Shown: positions 48,079-61,444 of the stretch, one piece after another
Position numbering within the stretch: position 1 is the stretch's first letter
Layout of the letters: each line of letters opens with the position of its first letter
DNA from: an uncultured Myxococcales bacterium
GTDB lineage: Bacteria; Myxococcota_A; Bradymonadia; UBA7976; UBA1532
Direction of reading: 5' to 3'
NCBI GenBank assembly: GCA_903847385.1
Contig: CAINDO010000440.1
Span: 6,129 to 70,128, forward strand
DNA length: 64,000 bases
Position numbers and translations under genes: made by a program
Notes under the pieces: model-generated
Seen by the model: only the letters and a program-made list of their open reading frames with translations
What the model was told of the DNA's origin: nothing
Database searches by the model: none

Positions 48079-48098
48079 GAGCCGACCCCGGCGTCCCC

Positions 48099-49241
48099 AT
48101 GGCCCCTCCCCCGCGCGGCGTCCTGCCGTCCCTGCTCCTCCAGCAAGTCCGAAACACCGCCGACTGGGCATTCCCCGACCACGCCGACACGGGCTGGATC
48201 CGCGCGCTCGTGGTCGCCCCGGCCCTGGACGAGCGCTACACGACCGCCGAGGCGCGCCCGGACTGGCTGCGCGTGCTCCTGGCGGCCCACCAGGCCACGG
48301 TGGGCACGTTCGTTCCGACGGACGTGGACTCCCAGATCCGCCACCACGTGTGGGCGGCCTGCCGCAACGTGGACGAGCTGCGCGCCCTGGCCGCGGTGTC
48401 CGCCGAGGTCCTCGATTGGGACCCGCGCCCGGTCTCGGCTCGCACGGTGGACCTGGGCGCCGATGGGGTGCTCTCGGGCCACGCCGGCGAGTGGCTGAGC
48501 GTGCAGGCCGGCGCCCTCGGCCGCGCGCTCGCTTTGGGCTGCGCGGACGTCGCCGACGCGCAGATCGCCGCGATCGAGGCCGAGCTGCAGCGCGAGGCCC
48601 GCGCGGTGACCGCGTGCACACAACGCAAACCCGGCGCCGAGCAGGAGGCCTGCTGCATCATCGTCACGGTGGCCCACAACCTGGGCGACCTGAGCCGCGT
48701 GATCGAGGCCTGGCCCGCCGGCACGCCCCGCACGGACGAGTTCAAGGCGCGCTTCACCCGCCTGGGGCACGAGGATCCGCGCCGCTTCGGGGGCGCCTTC
48801 GTGCTCGCCGGCGAGATCAACAAGGCCGTGATGGCCCTCGAGAGCCACCGCTACCTGCCCCTGCGGCCGGCGCGGGCGCTGCGGGCGAGCCGCTCGCTCC
48901 TGCTGCCGTTCCCGCCGTTCCTGGACGCGTGGGGCGCCCACCTGGCCCGCGCGCTGGACGCCGACGGCGTGGCCGAGGTGGTCGCGGCCCTGCACGAGGG
49001 GCACGCGCAGTATCCGCGGCAGACGGCCTGGGCGCGGGCGTTGTGCGGCCTCGAGGGCGCTCTCCCCGGCGGCCTGGGCCGCGCGCTGGGTCAGACCGCG
49101 GCGCGCCTGAAGAAGCTCACCGTGGCCGGCCCCGTGCGCGAGCTGATGTCCGTGGACCGCGAGCGCTTCGAGGCCCGCTGGGCCAAGAGCTTCCGCACGG
49201 CGCTGGACGCGGCGCGGAAGAGCCCGAGCCTCCGGGCCTGA
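48099..49241 (+). CDS. Hypothetical protein
   Basis: High GC3, no Arg bias. Start is uncertain because the nearest ribosome-binding site (TAGGAG) is 18 nt upstream. Confidence 0.4.
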   Translation: MAPPPRGVLPSLLLQQVRNTADWAFPDHADTGWIRALVVAPALDERYTTAEARPDWLRVLLAAHQATVGTFVPTDVDSQIRHHVWAACRNVDELRALAAVSAEVLDWDPRPVSARTVDLGADGVLSGHAGEWLSVQAGALGRALALGCADVADAQIAAIEAELQREARAVTACTQRKPGAEQEACCIIVTVAHNLGDLSRVIEAWPAGTPRTDEFKARFTRLGHEDPRRFGGAFVLAGEINKAVMALESHRYLPLRPARALRASRSLLLPFPPFLDAWGAHLARALDADGVAEVVAALHEGHAQYPRQTAWARALCGLEGALPGGLGRALGQTAARLKKLTVAGPVRELMSVDRERFEARWAKSFRTALDAARKSPSLRA

Positions 49242-49247
49242 GCGGCC

Positions 49248-50579
49248 TCAGGGCGTGGAGAGCTTCAGCGAGTAGGTGGTGCTGGCCTGGCGGAAGCCGA
49301 GCACCTTCACCAGCGCCGGGCCGCTGTGCTGGAACGCCTCGTGTCCGGTGGTGCCCTCGCTGCCGATGATGTTGCCGTTCACGCGCAGGGGCTCGTTCGT
49401 GGCCGGGTCCCAGACGTAGACGTCCAGGTCGGCCTGGGCGGCGTCGAAGTCGAGCTCGAACTGCCACGGGCCGGCCTCGCCGACCTGGTAGAAGTCGCCC
49501 ACGGCGTCGCACACGCCGCCCTGCACCGTGTCGCCGAGGGCGAGCGGCGTGGCCTGGGCCGGGCTGTCGTTGGGCTCGCCGGGCTCTTCGTCGGCGGGGC
49601 CGCAGTTGCCGTGGAACTCCACGGGCGGCGGGTTCTGCCAGTCGGCCTCGGGGTCGAGCGCGACGTCCACCAGCGAGCGGTCGCCGATGATGTCCGCGGT
49701 GGTGATGACCGTCATGTCGCGGCGCCGCACCACGTACACCGTCGGCAGCCCCTGCACCTCGGCGTTGTTCGTCAGGAACAGGTTGCCCGGCCGCGTGTCG
49801 AGATCGCCGACGCGGATGCCCGGGCCGTTGCCGATGAGCGAGGACAGGTGCTCGTAGGCGAAGTGGCTGTCCGTGGGCTCGTAGTTCATGTCCTGGAGCT
49901 CGACGTACACGATGCGACCGCCGGCGGCCTCGAAGGCCTCGGCCTCGGCGTTCAGGCGCATGGAGTAAGCGCTGCAGGCGCCGCACCAGGCCGCGCCGAG
50001 CACGAAGACGATCACGCTGACGTCCTCGTCGCAGGCCACGTCCTCGAGCTTGTAGGTGACCTGCCGGCCGTCGCCGGTGTAGGCGTTCTCCCAGTACATC
50101 GGCGGGATGGACTGGCCGAGCGCCATGCGCAGGTCGTAGTCGGGGTACTGGCAGGCCTTGCCGAGCTTGACCTCGCCCGAGACGTCCCCGAGCGAGGCGG
50201 TGATCGTCACGCTGCCGATCTTCTCGACGTGCACGCGGCCCTTGTCGCGGCCCTCGTTCTCCACGGTGGCGACGCTGGGGTCGCTCGACGACCAGGTGAC
50301 CGCGGCGGTGATGTCCTTGGTGGCGCCGCCGTACTCGCCCATGGCCTGCATCTGGCGAGAGCGGCCGGGCTGGATCTGCGGGGCCTCGGGCAGGAGCTTG
50401 ATCGCCGTGAGGCCGACGGCCTCGGGCGGCAGGGCCGCGTCGGGCGATGCGGGGGTGCCGCCGGTGGCGGCCGCGTCGGCCGTGGACTCCGCGCCGCCGG
50501 CCGCGTCGCCGCCGTCGTCGCCCATGCAGCCCGCCAAGAACAAACCGACCAGTACCGCCTGCCGAGATCCGCGCATGTC
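49248..50579 (-). CDS. Thioredoxin-fold (TlpA/ResA-like, WCGAC) lipoprotein with a Big_2-like Ig domain and a C-terminal PPC domain
   Basis: Lipobox VGLFLAGC. AAWCGACS is a CxxC motif. ATVENEGRDKGRVHVEKIGSVTITASL (Big_2). GDFYQVGEAGPWQFELDFD..DLDVYVWD (PPC). Confidence 0.6.
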   Translation of the reverse strand, partial: DMRGSRQAVLVGLFLAGCMGDDGGDAAGGAESTADAAATGGTPASPDAALPPEAVGLTAIKLLPEAPQIQPGRSRQMQAMGEYGGATKDITAAVTWSSSDPSVATVENEGRDKGRVHVEKIGSVTITASLGDVSGEVKLGKACQYPDYDLRMALGQSIPPMYWENAYTGDGRQVTYKLEDVACDEDVSVIVFVLGAAWCGACSAYSMRLNAEAEAFEAAGGRIVYVELQDMNYEPTDSHFAYEHLSSLIGNGPGIRVGDLDTRPGNLFLTNNAEVQGLPTVYVVRRRDMTVITTADIIGDRSLVDVALDPEADWQNPPPVEFHGNCGPADEEPGEPNDSPAQATPLALGDTVQGGVCDAVGDFYQVGEAGPWQFELDFDAAQADLDVYVWDPATNEPLRVNGNIIGSEGTTGHEAFQHSGPALVKVLGFRQASTTYSLKLSTP

Positions 50580-50655
50580 GCCTCCCCGATGGTGCGTTCG
50601 CCCCCGCGCGATGCGGGGAACCCTCAATCTACGGCAGGGGGCGGCGTCGGGCGAA

Positions 50656-50684
50656 GTTCAATCGTTCGATCGTTCAATCGTTCG
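50656..50684. repeat. Direct repeat GTTCAATCGTTCG x2 (3-bp spacer) straddling the cutA stop
   Basis: Exact 13-bp duplication at 50656-50668 and 50672-50684. Confidence 0.5.
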
Positions 50685-51003
50685 GCCGCGTCTCGTTGAT
50701 CACCCACTCCAGGTAGGCGGGCAGCGACGCCGTGCCGTCCACGCGCAGCACCACGAACTCGGGGACCGTGTGGGGGTGCAGCGCCAGGATGCCCTCGCGC
50801 AGCGCCTCGACGCGGTCCGAGGCCGTCTTGATGAGCAGCGTGACCTCGGCGTCCGCGCGGACGCTGCCCTCCCAGCGGTACAGGCTCGTGACACCGGGCA
50901 GCAGGTTGACGCAGGCGGCCAGCCGCTGCTCCACGAGGGCGCGGGCCAGGGGCTCCGCCTGCTCGGCGGGGCAATTGCACAGAACGACGTTGATCGAGCT
51001 CAC
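50674..51003 (-). CDS. cutA: Divalent-cation tolerance protein CutA
   Basis: The 109-aa protein MSSINVVLCNCPAEQAEPLARALVEQRLAACVNLLPGVTSLYRWEG..VEALREGILALHPHTVPEF matches CutA1 family length and motifs. Confidence 0.8.
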   Translation of the reverse strand: MSSINVVLCNCPAEQAEPLARALVEQRLAACVNLLPGVTSLYRWEGSVRADAEVTLLIKTASDRVEALREGILALHPHTVPEFVVLRVDGTASLPAYLEWVINETRPND

Positions 51004-51233
51004 GGGGCACTCCTGGGGGCGGGCGTCGACCGCCTCGTTTCAACGCGGGTGGTGGTATCAGAGTGGACGGAGCCAGGCCACCCGGTTCTCATCGACCGAT
51101 CTCGGCGCCGACGTTCCGCGAGGGCCGCGCCTCGTTCGGGCGCGCTCGCGCGTCGGCTTGAAATCCTCGTCCTGCGTGCATACCGTGACGGAGCAGGGTG
51201 GGCGTGCAATCGACAGGAGCTGGAGTCCGCCAA

Positions 51234-51950
51234 ATGGATGCAACGGATGCGTGGAAAGCGCGCGGATGCGGGTCATTCGAACTCGCGGTCCTCACAATCG
51301 TCCTGGCGGCGTGCACGCAAAGCGCGGACATCAATCGTCACGATGCGGGAGAAGACGTGGCCGACGCGGCCCCGACGGCGCCTGAGCCCTACTCGTGTTT
51401 CACGGAGCCGAACGGCGAGACGAACTTCGAGCTTCCCCGGGAGAATCCGATGAACCGGTGCGTGGTCAACCCCTACCCGGAGGGGGGCGACTGCTACGCC
51501 TGCGCGCTCGAGCGGTGTTGCAGCCGCCTGCTGTGCTGCGGAGAGTCCGGCCGGGCCAGCTTCAACGTGCTGTACACCAGCCCGAAGGGCCATGTGCTCA
51601 CGAAGGTCGTGTATGGGTGCATCGTCACCCCGATGACTTGCATCCAGCAGTGTTTCGGCGACGCCGTGGCCGCTCGCGGCGAGACGCCGGGCGGTCGTGC
51701 GGCGTCCCGCGAAGTGGTCCTGTCGTGCGCCGAGCGCTGCATCGCCGCGACGATCGCGGACCCCCCGACCGGGGACGTCCCCAACCCCGAGTTCGCCGGC
51801 TACGCGCGCGACTGGGTCGAGTGCCTGCTGAGCGACGCGCCCGATCCGCTCGACGCCTACTTCTCGGCTCTGTCCTCGGAGGTGCCGGACGACCTGCCGC
51901 GGCCGTTCGCGGACACCTCGTGCGCGGAGGCCTGCTTCGCCGGGTATTGA
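51234..51950 (+). CDS. Cys-rich secreted lipoprotein
   Basis: Lipobox TIVLAAC, many Cys pairs (CYACALERCCSRLLCCG). Confidence 0.5.
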   Translation: MDATDAWKARGCGSFELAVLTIVLAACTQSADINRHDAGEDVADAAPTAPEPYSCFTEPNGETNFELPRENPMNRCVVNPYPEGGDCYACALERCCSRLLCCGESGRASFNVLYTSPKGHVLTKVVYGCIVTPMTCIQQCFGDAVAARGETPGGRAASREVVLSCAERCIAATIADPPTGDVPNPEFAGYARDWVECLLSDAPDPLDAYFSALSSEVPDDLPRPFADTSCAEACFAGY

Positions 51951-52037
51951 AGTCGCCCGTCGGCAGGCGGCGCGCCCCGCGCGAATCCAGGCGGATCCGG
52001 GTGGATTCCCGGCGCGCCTCTCGCTATATGCGGCCCC

Positions 52038-52772
52038 ATGAAGATGCCCAAGCGACTCGAACGCGTCTACGAAGGCCCCGAGGCCCTCGCCCGCCTGCTC
52101 CAGACCTCCGGCTGCAAACTCTCCGTGGACGAGGTGCAGGAGGAGTTCCTGGCGTCCCTGGAAGAGGGCACGCCCGCCGCCGAGATCATCCCGCTCCTGT
52201 GGGAGTCGGAGCCGCGCTTCAAGACCCCGGAGCTGGCCCGCCAGACCTTCAGCAATCTCTTCGGCCTCTGGGATCTCGTGGCCAAGGAGCTCGCCGGCGA
52301 CGAGGTCGTGCCCGAGCAGGACCCGGCCGAGCCGCTGAGCTCGACCTTCGTCGACCGCGCCTGGCTCGAGCTCGACGGCCTCTCCGACAAGGAGATCCGC
52401 CGCGCCCGGGACCGCTTCGACAACGTGCACCACGACCTGGCAGTGTGGACGTTCGAGCAGCTCAAGGGGTCGTCGTCGCTGGGTCAGGAGCTGGCGCTGG
52501 ACCTGGCCTTCGAGACCTTCTGGTTGTGCGAGCGGGCGCGCGGCGAGAAAGGCGTGCCCCGGGCCCGCCGCGAGGCGCTGGACGCCGCCCTGAACGACGC
52601 CGACCGCCTGGCCGAGGAGACGGAGCCGGCCCTGGCCTCGCTCGTCTCGGCGACCCTGTGGGAGCAGGCGGCGGACGAGGAGAACCCCCTGCCCGAGGCC
52701 GACATCCCGGCGATCGAAAATGTCCTGCGGGCGGCCCGCCAGGTGCTCGCCCCCCGCCCCGCCCAAGCCTGA
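52038..52772 (+). CDS. Hypothetical cytoplasmic protein
   Basis: Acidic helical protein with good codon bias. Confidence 0.45.
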   Translation: MKMPKRLERVYEGPEALARLLQTSGCKLSVDEVQEEFLASLEEGTPAAEIIPLLWESEPRFKTPELARQTFSNLFGLWDLVAKELAGDEVVPEQDPAEPLSSTFVDRAWLELDGLSDKEIRRARDRFDNVHHDLAVWTFEQLKGSSSLGQELALDLAFETFWLCERARGEKGVPRARREALDAALNDADRLAEETEPALASLVSATLWEQAADEENPLPEADIPAIENVLRAARQVLAPRPAQA

Positions 52773-52784
52773 GCGGGCCTCCGC

Positions 52785-56786
<4,002 letters not shown>

Positions 56787-56914
56787 CGTGCGACTCCCCG
56801 GATTCCCCCGAACCCGCAAACCCCGAATATCCGCCCGCGCGCACCACGACGCAATCTTACCCGCGCGTCGAATCACGGCGTGCGCGCCGCGAATTCGCGT
56901 GCGATCATGGGCGC

Positions 56915-57184
56915 ATGCTCAGCCTGCGTTTCACCCCAGCCCTCGTCGCCATCGCGCTCTTCACGGCCGCCGCCGCCTTCGCCCAGACCCCCGCCAGCGC
57001 CGCGCCCACGCTCGGCCCGCCGTCTGCTCGCGCCTTCGAAGAGCCCGGCCGGGTGAGCCCGCCCCCGCCCGCCGAGCGGCCGGCGTGGCTGCCGCTGATG
57101 TTCGTCGTCGGGCCCGCGCTGGGGGCCGGCGCCATCTTCCTGGCGTTGCGCCGGAACAAGCGGGGCGGTCCCCCGAGCGCCTGA
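56915..57184 (+). CDS. Small secreted or membrane-anchored protein
   Basis: Signal peptide, Pro-rich, C-terminal transmembrane segment plus RRNKRGG. Confidence 0.35.
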   Translation: MLSLRFTPALVAIALFTAAAAFAQTPASAAPTLGPPSARAFEEPGRVSPPPPAERPAWLPLMFVVGPALGAGAIFLALRRNKRGGPPSA

Positions 57185-57244
57185 CCCGCGCGGCGCGCGG
57201 TCTGCAATTGCGGCGGCGCGGGCGGGCGACTAAGCTGCGCCCCC

Positions 57245-58225
57245 ATGTCCGCCTCCGACCCGACCCAGGACGACGCCCTCGTCGAACTCATCGCCCAGAC
57301 CGTCCGCGCCCGCCTCATGGCCGGGGGCACCGGACCGGGTTACACCCGCGAGCAACTGCCCGTGCTGTCGCCGGCCGCCAAGGCCCCGGTCAACACCGCC
57401 GGCATGACGCAGGAGCAGCTCCGCGAGACCCCCTGCCACGAGGACCCGACCGGGTGCTCGAGCTGCGGCATGTGTGTGGTCCGGCGCCCGTGGGACGCGC
57501 GGATCATCGTCGAGGAGGGCGCGGCCCGCATCGCCGCCGGCCCCGGCACGGGCAAACCCGAGGCCGGCCTGGCGCCGTACATCGACCATACGCTGCTCAA
57601 GCCCGAGGCCACCCGCGAGGAGTTCTTCAAGCTCGCCGAGGAGGCCCGCAAGTACAAGTTCGCCAGCGTGTGCGTGAACTCGGCCAACGTGCGCATGATG
57701 GCGCAGTTGCTCGAGGGCAGCGGCGTGCCGGTGTGCGCGGTCGTCGGGTTCCCCCTCGGCGCCATGACGCCCCACGCCAAGGCCTTCGAGACGCGTGAAG
57801 CCGTCCGCTGCGGCGCCCGCGAGATCGACATGGTGCTCAACATCGGCGCCATGAAGAGCCACGACTACGCCCTCGTCGAGTCGGACATCCGCGCCGTGGT
57901 GGACGCCGCCAAGCCCGTCCTGGTCAAGGTCATCCTCGAGACCTCCAAGCTCGACCAGGAGGAGAAGATCATCGCCTGCGCGCTCTCCAAGGCCGCCGGC
58001 GCCGCCTTCGTCAAGACCTCCACGGGCTTCGGCGGCGGTGGGGCGACCGCCGAGGACATCGCCCTGATGCGCCGCATCGTGGGCAAGGAGATGGGCGTGA
58101 AGGCCTCGGGTGGCATCCGCGACACGGCCACCGCCCAGCAGATGATCGCCGCCGGGGCCAGCCGCCTCGGCGCGAGCGCGTCCGTGGCCATCGTCACCGG
58201 CGCCAAGTCCAACGCGGCCTACTGA
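57245..58225 (+). CDS. deoC: Deoxyribose-phosphate aldolase with an N-terminal extension of about 105 aa that carries a 4-Cys cluster
   Basis: [58 protein letters not shown] are canonical DeoC blocks. The extension contains [14 protein letters not shown]. Confidence 0.75.
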   Translation: MSASDPTQDDALVELIAQTVRARLMAGGTGPGYTREQLPVLSPAAKAPVNTAGMTQEQLRETPCHEDPTGCSSCGMCVVRRPWDARIIVEEGAARIAAGPGTGKPEAGLAPYIDHTLLKPEATREEFFKLAEEARKYKFASVCVNSANVRMMAQLLEGSGVPVCAVVGFPLGAMTPHAKAFETREAVRCGAREIDMVLNIGAMKSHDYALVESDIRAVVDAAKPVLVKVILETSKLDQEEKIIACALSKAAGAAFVKTSTGFGGGGATAEDIALMRRIVGKEMGVKASGGIRDTATAQQMIAAGASRLGASASVAIVTGAKSNAAY

Positions 58226-58284
58226 CCGGCCGCCCGACCCGGCCACCCTTCCCGCACTTCCATCGAGCATCACCGGAGACCACC

Positions 58285-58563
58285 GTGGGCAAGAAGATCA
58301 GCGTCACGCGCAAGCACAGCCTGGGCGTGGACGTCGCCAGCCAGAAGCTGAACGACCTGGCCGGCCAGTTCGCCGAGAAGTACGGCGTCAAGGCCGACAT
58401 CCGCGGGCCCCGCGCCCAGTTCAGCGGCAAGGGCGTCGAGGGCAACGTGCAGGTCACGGCCGACTCGGTCACCGTCAACCTGGAGCTCGGGCTGCTGCTC
58501 GGCGCGCTGTCCGGCAAGATCGAGGACGGCGTCCAGCGCCAGCTCGAGAAGCACTTCGCTTGA
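58285..58563 (+). CDS. Small protein resembling the polyhydroxyalkanoate-system PHA_gran_rgn family
   Basis: 92 aa, GTG start, GGAGA ribosome-binding site. The length and the pattern GVKADIRGPRAQFSGKGVEGNVQV are consistent with that family, from memory. Confidence 0.4.
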   Translation: MGKKISVTRKHSLGVDVASQKLNDLAGQFAEKYGVKADIRGPRAQFSGKGVEGNVQVTADSVTVNLELGLLLGALSGKIEDGVQRQLEKHFA

Positions 58564-60011
58564 GCGGCGCCGACCTGCTCGAGGTCGCGCTCGCCAGCGC
58601 CCGGTCCGCGGGCGCACGTTTCGTCGAGGCCCGCCTCGTCACCCGGACGCGCGAGCGCCTCGCCTTCAAGGACGGTGAGCTCGACGGCGCCGTGAACGAG
58701 TCGGACCGCGGCCTGGGCGTGCGCGCCCTGGTCGGCGACGCCTGGGGCTACGCCGGCACCAACCGGCTGGACCCCGCGGGCGTGCGCGCCGCCGCCGAGG
58801 CCGCCGTGCGCGCCGCCGGGGCCGCCCGCAGCGCCCGCGCCGTGGAGATCCCCCCGCCGGTCACGGGCCGTTACGCCACGCCGCTGGTCGAGGACCCCTT
58901 CGCCGTGCCGCTCTCGGACAAGATCGCGATCTTCCGCGAGGCGGACGCCGCCATGCGCGACGCCATGGGCGCCGAGCCGAGCTTCAAGGGCAGCCGCGGA
59001 GAGCTGTCGGCGCTGCGCATCGAGACGCACTTCCGCACGACGACGGGCACGGACATCGTGCAGCGCATCACCACCTGCGGCGCCAAGATCGCGGCCATCG
59101 CCGCCTCGGCGGACGACTTCCAGATGCGCAGCTGGCCCAAGAGCTTCGAGGGCAACGTCCGGCAGACGGGCTTCGAGTTCATCCGTGAGCTGGATCTGGT
59201 GCAGCACGCGCCGGAGATGGCCCGCGAGGCCGTGGCGCTGCTCTCCGCCGAGACCCTGCCCCCCGGAAAACGCACGCTCGTGCTCGATGGCTCCCAGCTC
59301 TCGCTGCAGATCCACGAGTCCGTGGGCCACCCGACGGAGCTCGACCGCGCCTTCGGCGAGGAGATCAGCCTGGCCGGCTCGAGTTTCCTCATCCCCGAGC
59401 GGCTGGACGCCCTGCGCTTCGGCTCCGAGCGCGTGAACCTGGTCGCCGACTCCACCTCGCCCCAGGGCCTGGGCACCTACGGCTTCGACGACGAGGGCAC
59501 GCCGGCCACCTGCGCGCCCCTGGTGCAGAACGGTCTCTTCGTCGGCTACCTGAGCGGCCGGGACGCCGCCGCGCGCCTGGGCCGCCCCTCGGCCAGTACG
59601 CTGCGCGCCGAGAGCTGGTACGGCCTGCCCATCGTGCGCATGAGCAACGTGAACCTGCTGCCCGGCGAAGGGTCCTTCGAGGACCTGATCGGCGGCGTGG
59701 ACGACGGCGTGCTGCTCTCGGCCAACAAGAGCTGGTCCATCGACGACCTGCGGCTGAACTTCCAGTTCGCCTGCGAGATCGCTTACGAGATCAAGGGCGG
59801 CCGGCGCACGGGACGCATCTTCAAGAACCCCGTGTACTGGGGCCGAAGCCCGGAGTTCTGGGGCAACTGCACCGCCATCGCCGGGCCCCAGGCCTGGGAG
59901 ATGTGGGGCTGGCTGTTCTGCGGCAAGGGAGATCCCGTGCAGATCATGCACGTGGGCCACGGCTGCGCGCCGGCCCGCTTCGACGACGTGAACTTCGGAG
60001 CCCGCTCGTGA
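58560..60011 (+). CDS. tldD: TldD-family metallopeptidase
   Basis: LDGSQLSLQIHESVGHPTELDR (HExxxH-like). Typical length for TldD. Confidence 0.75.
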   Translation: MSGADLLEVALASARSAGARFVEARLVTRTRERLAFKDGELDGAVNESDRGLGVRALVGDAWGYAGTNRLDPAGVRAAAEAAVRAAGAARSARAVEIPPPVTGRYATPLVEDPFAVPLSDKIAIFREADAAMRDAMGAEPSFKGSRGELSALRIETHFRTTTGTDIVQRITTCGAKIAAIAASADDFQMRSWPKSFEGNVRQTGFEFIRELDLVQHAPEMAREAVALLSAETLPPGKRTLVLDGSQLSLQIHESVGHPTELDRAFGEEISLAGSSFLIPERLDALRFGSERVNLVADSTSPQGLGTYGFDDEGTPATCAPLVQNGLFVGYLSGRDAAARLGRPSASTLRAESWYGLPIVRMSNVNLLPGEGSFEDLIGGVDDGVLLSANKSWSIDDLRLNFQFACEIAYEIKGGRRTGRIFKNPVYWGRSPEFWGNCTAIAGPQAWEMWGWLFCGKGDPVQIMHVGHGCAPARFDDVNFGARS

Positions 60012-61423
60012 GCGCCCGCGACTTCGACGCCACTGCGGAGCAGACCCTGGCCTTCGAGGCCCTGGACACCGCCCTCGCCGCCGGGCGCGCCGCCGGGGCG
60101 GACGCGGTCGAGGCCGTGCACCGCGGTCAATCGTCTCAGCTCCTGCGCCTGGGCGACGGCCGCATCACGCAAGCGCAGTCCATCGTGGAGAGCCGCGTGA
60201 TCGTGCGCGCGCTTTGCCACGGGGCCGAGGCCTACGCCTCGACGACGGACCTGAGCGCCGAGGGCCTCGCCGCCTGCGCCCGGGTGGCCGCCGAGCGCGC
60301 CGCCGCCCTGCCCACGCCGCGGGAGCTCGCCGAGCTGCCCCCGCCCGCGGCCACGGCGCCGACCTCGGTGAACGCCTGGGACACCGCGACCGCGGCCCTG
60401 ACGACCGCCGAGAAGGCCGACTGGCTCGCCCCGGCCCTCGCCGCCCACGAGAAGGACTCGCTGGCCCTGGCCGGGCGCTTCCACACGGGCGTGCGCAGCC
60501 TGGGCGTGCGGTCGACCACCGGCGTGTCGGCCTGGCACGCGGGCACGTACTGCGACCTGGCGCTCTCCACCCTGGAGCGCCCCGCCGGCCACCACGCCAG
60601 CAGCTTCCGCGCCCGCTACGACCTGCGCGCGCACCCGGAGACCGTGTTCGCGATGGCCGAGGCCACCCGCGCCGAGTGCCACCAGGCCCACGACCCCATC
60701 GACATCGAGCCGGGCCGCTGGGACGTCGTGCTGGCGCCCACCGCGGTCGCCGATCTGCTCGACTGGTTCGGCATGATCGGCTTCGGCACCGAGGCCTTCG
60801 ACGACGGCCGCAGCTTCGTGCAGGGCCGCTTCGGCGAGGCCGTCACGGGGCCCGCCGTCACCCTGCTGGACGACGGCACCATGGCCCACGGCCTGGGCGT
60901 GCCGCTGCCCATCGACGCCGAGGGCCAGCCTCGCCAGCGTACGCTCCTCCTGGAGCGGGGCGTGGCGCGGGGCAGCGTTTGGGACCACAAGGGCGGCCGC
61001 CGACACGGCTGCGCGCCCACGGGGCACGCGCTCGGTGTGGATCTGTTCTCCACGGGCGGCGCCGGGCCGGCCCACCTGAGCTTCGAGCCGGGCACGGCCT
61101 CGCTCGAGTCCCTGCTCGGGCGGCTCGACCGCGGGCTCTACATCACGCGGTTCCACTACGTGAACGGCCTGATCGAGCCGAAACGCGCGGTGATGACCGG
61201 TCTGCTGCGGGACGCGGCGTTCCTCGTCGAGGGCGGCCGCATCCGCCGCGGCGTGCGCCCCATCCGCTTCACCGAGGCCATCCTCGAGGCCTTCGCGCGC
61301 ATCCCCGGCCTGGACGCCGTCGGCGCCGCCCTGGAGCCCCACGGCGGCATCAACTCCGAGGGCAAGTGCACCGTGTGCCCTGCGCTCTACATCCCGGGCT
61401 TCGCGTTCACCAGCGGGCGGTGA
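60008..61423 (+). CDS. pmbA: PmbA/TldE-family protein, partner of TldD
   Basis: The GTG start overlaps the tldD stop. Conserved C-terminus GLYITRFHYVNGLIEP..GG. Confidence 0.7.
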   Translation: MSARDFDATAEQTLAFEALDTALAAGRAAGADAVEAVHRGQSSQLLRLGDGRITQAQSIVESRVIVRALCHGAEAYASTTDLSAEGLAACARVAAERAAALPTPRELAELPPPAATAPTSVNAWDTATAALTTAEKADWLAPALAAHEKDSLALAGRFHTGVRSLGVRSTTGVSAWHAGTYCDLALSTLERPAGHHASSFRARYDLRAHPETVFAMAEATRAECHQAHDPIDIEPGRWDVVLAPTAVADLLDWFGMIGFGTEAFDDGRSFVQGRFGEAVTGPAVTLLDDGTMAHGLGVPLPIDAEGQPRQRTLLLERGVARGSVWDHKGGRRHGCAPTGHALGVDLFSTGGAGPAHLSFEPGTASLESLLGRLDRGLYITRFHYVNGLIEPKRAVMTGLLRDAAFLVEGGRIRRGVRPIRFTEAILEAFARIPGLDAVGAALEPHGGINSEGKCTVCPALYIPGFAFTSGR

Positions 61424-61444
61424 GCCGCCGCGCCGGGGGCGTCC

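Noticed and set aside
50595-50618. GC hairpin CCCCGCGCGATGCGGGG as the cutA terminator
   Set aside because: The inverted repeat is short and imperfect and has no following U tract on the minus strand. I left it unannotated.
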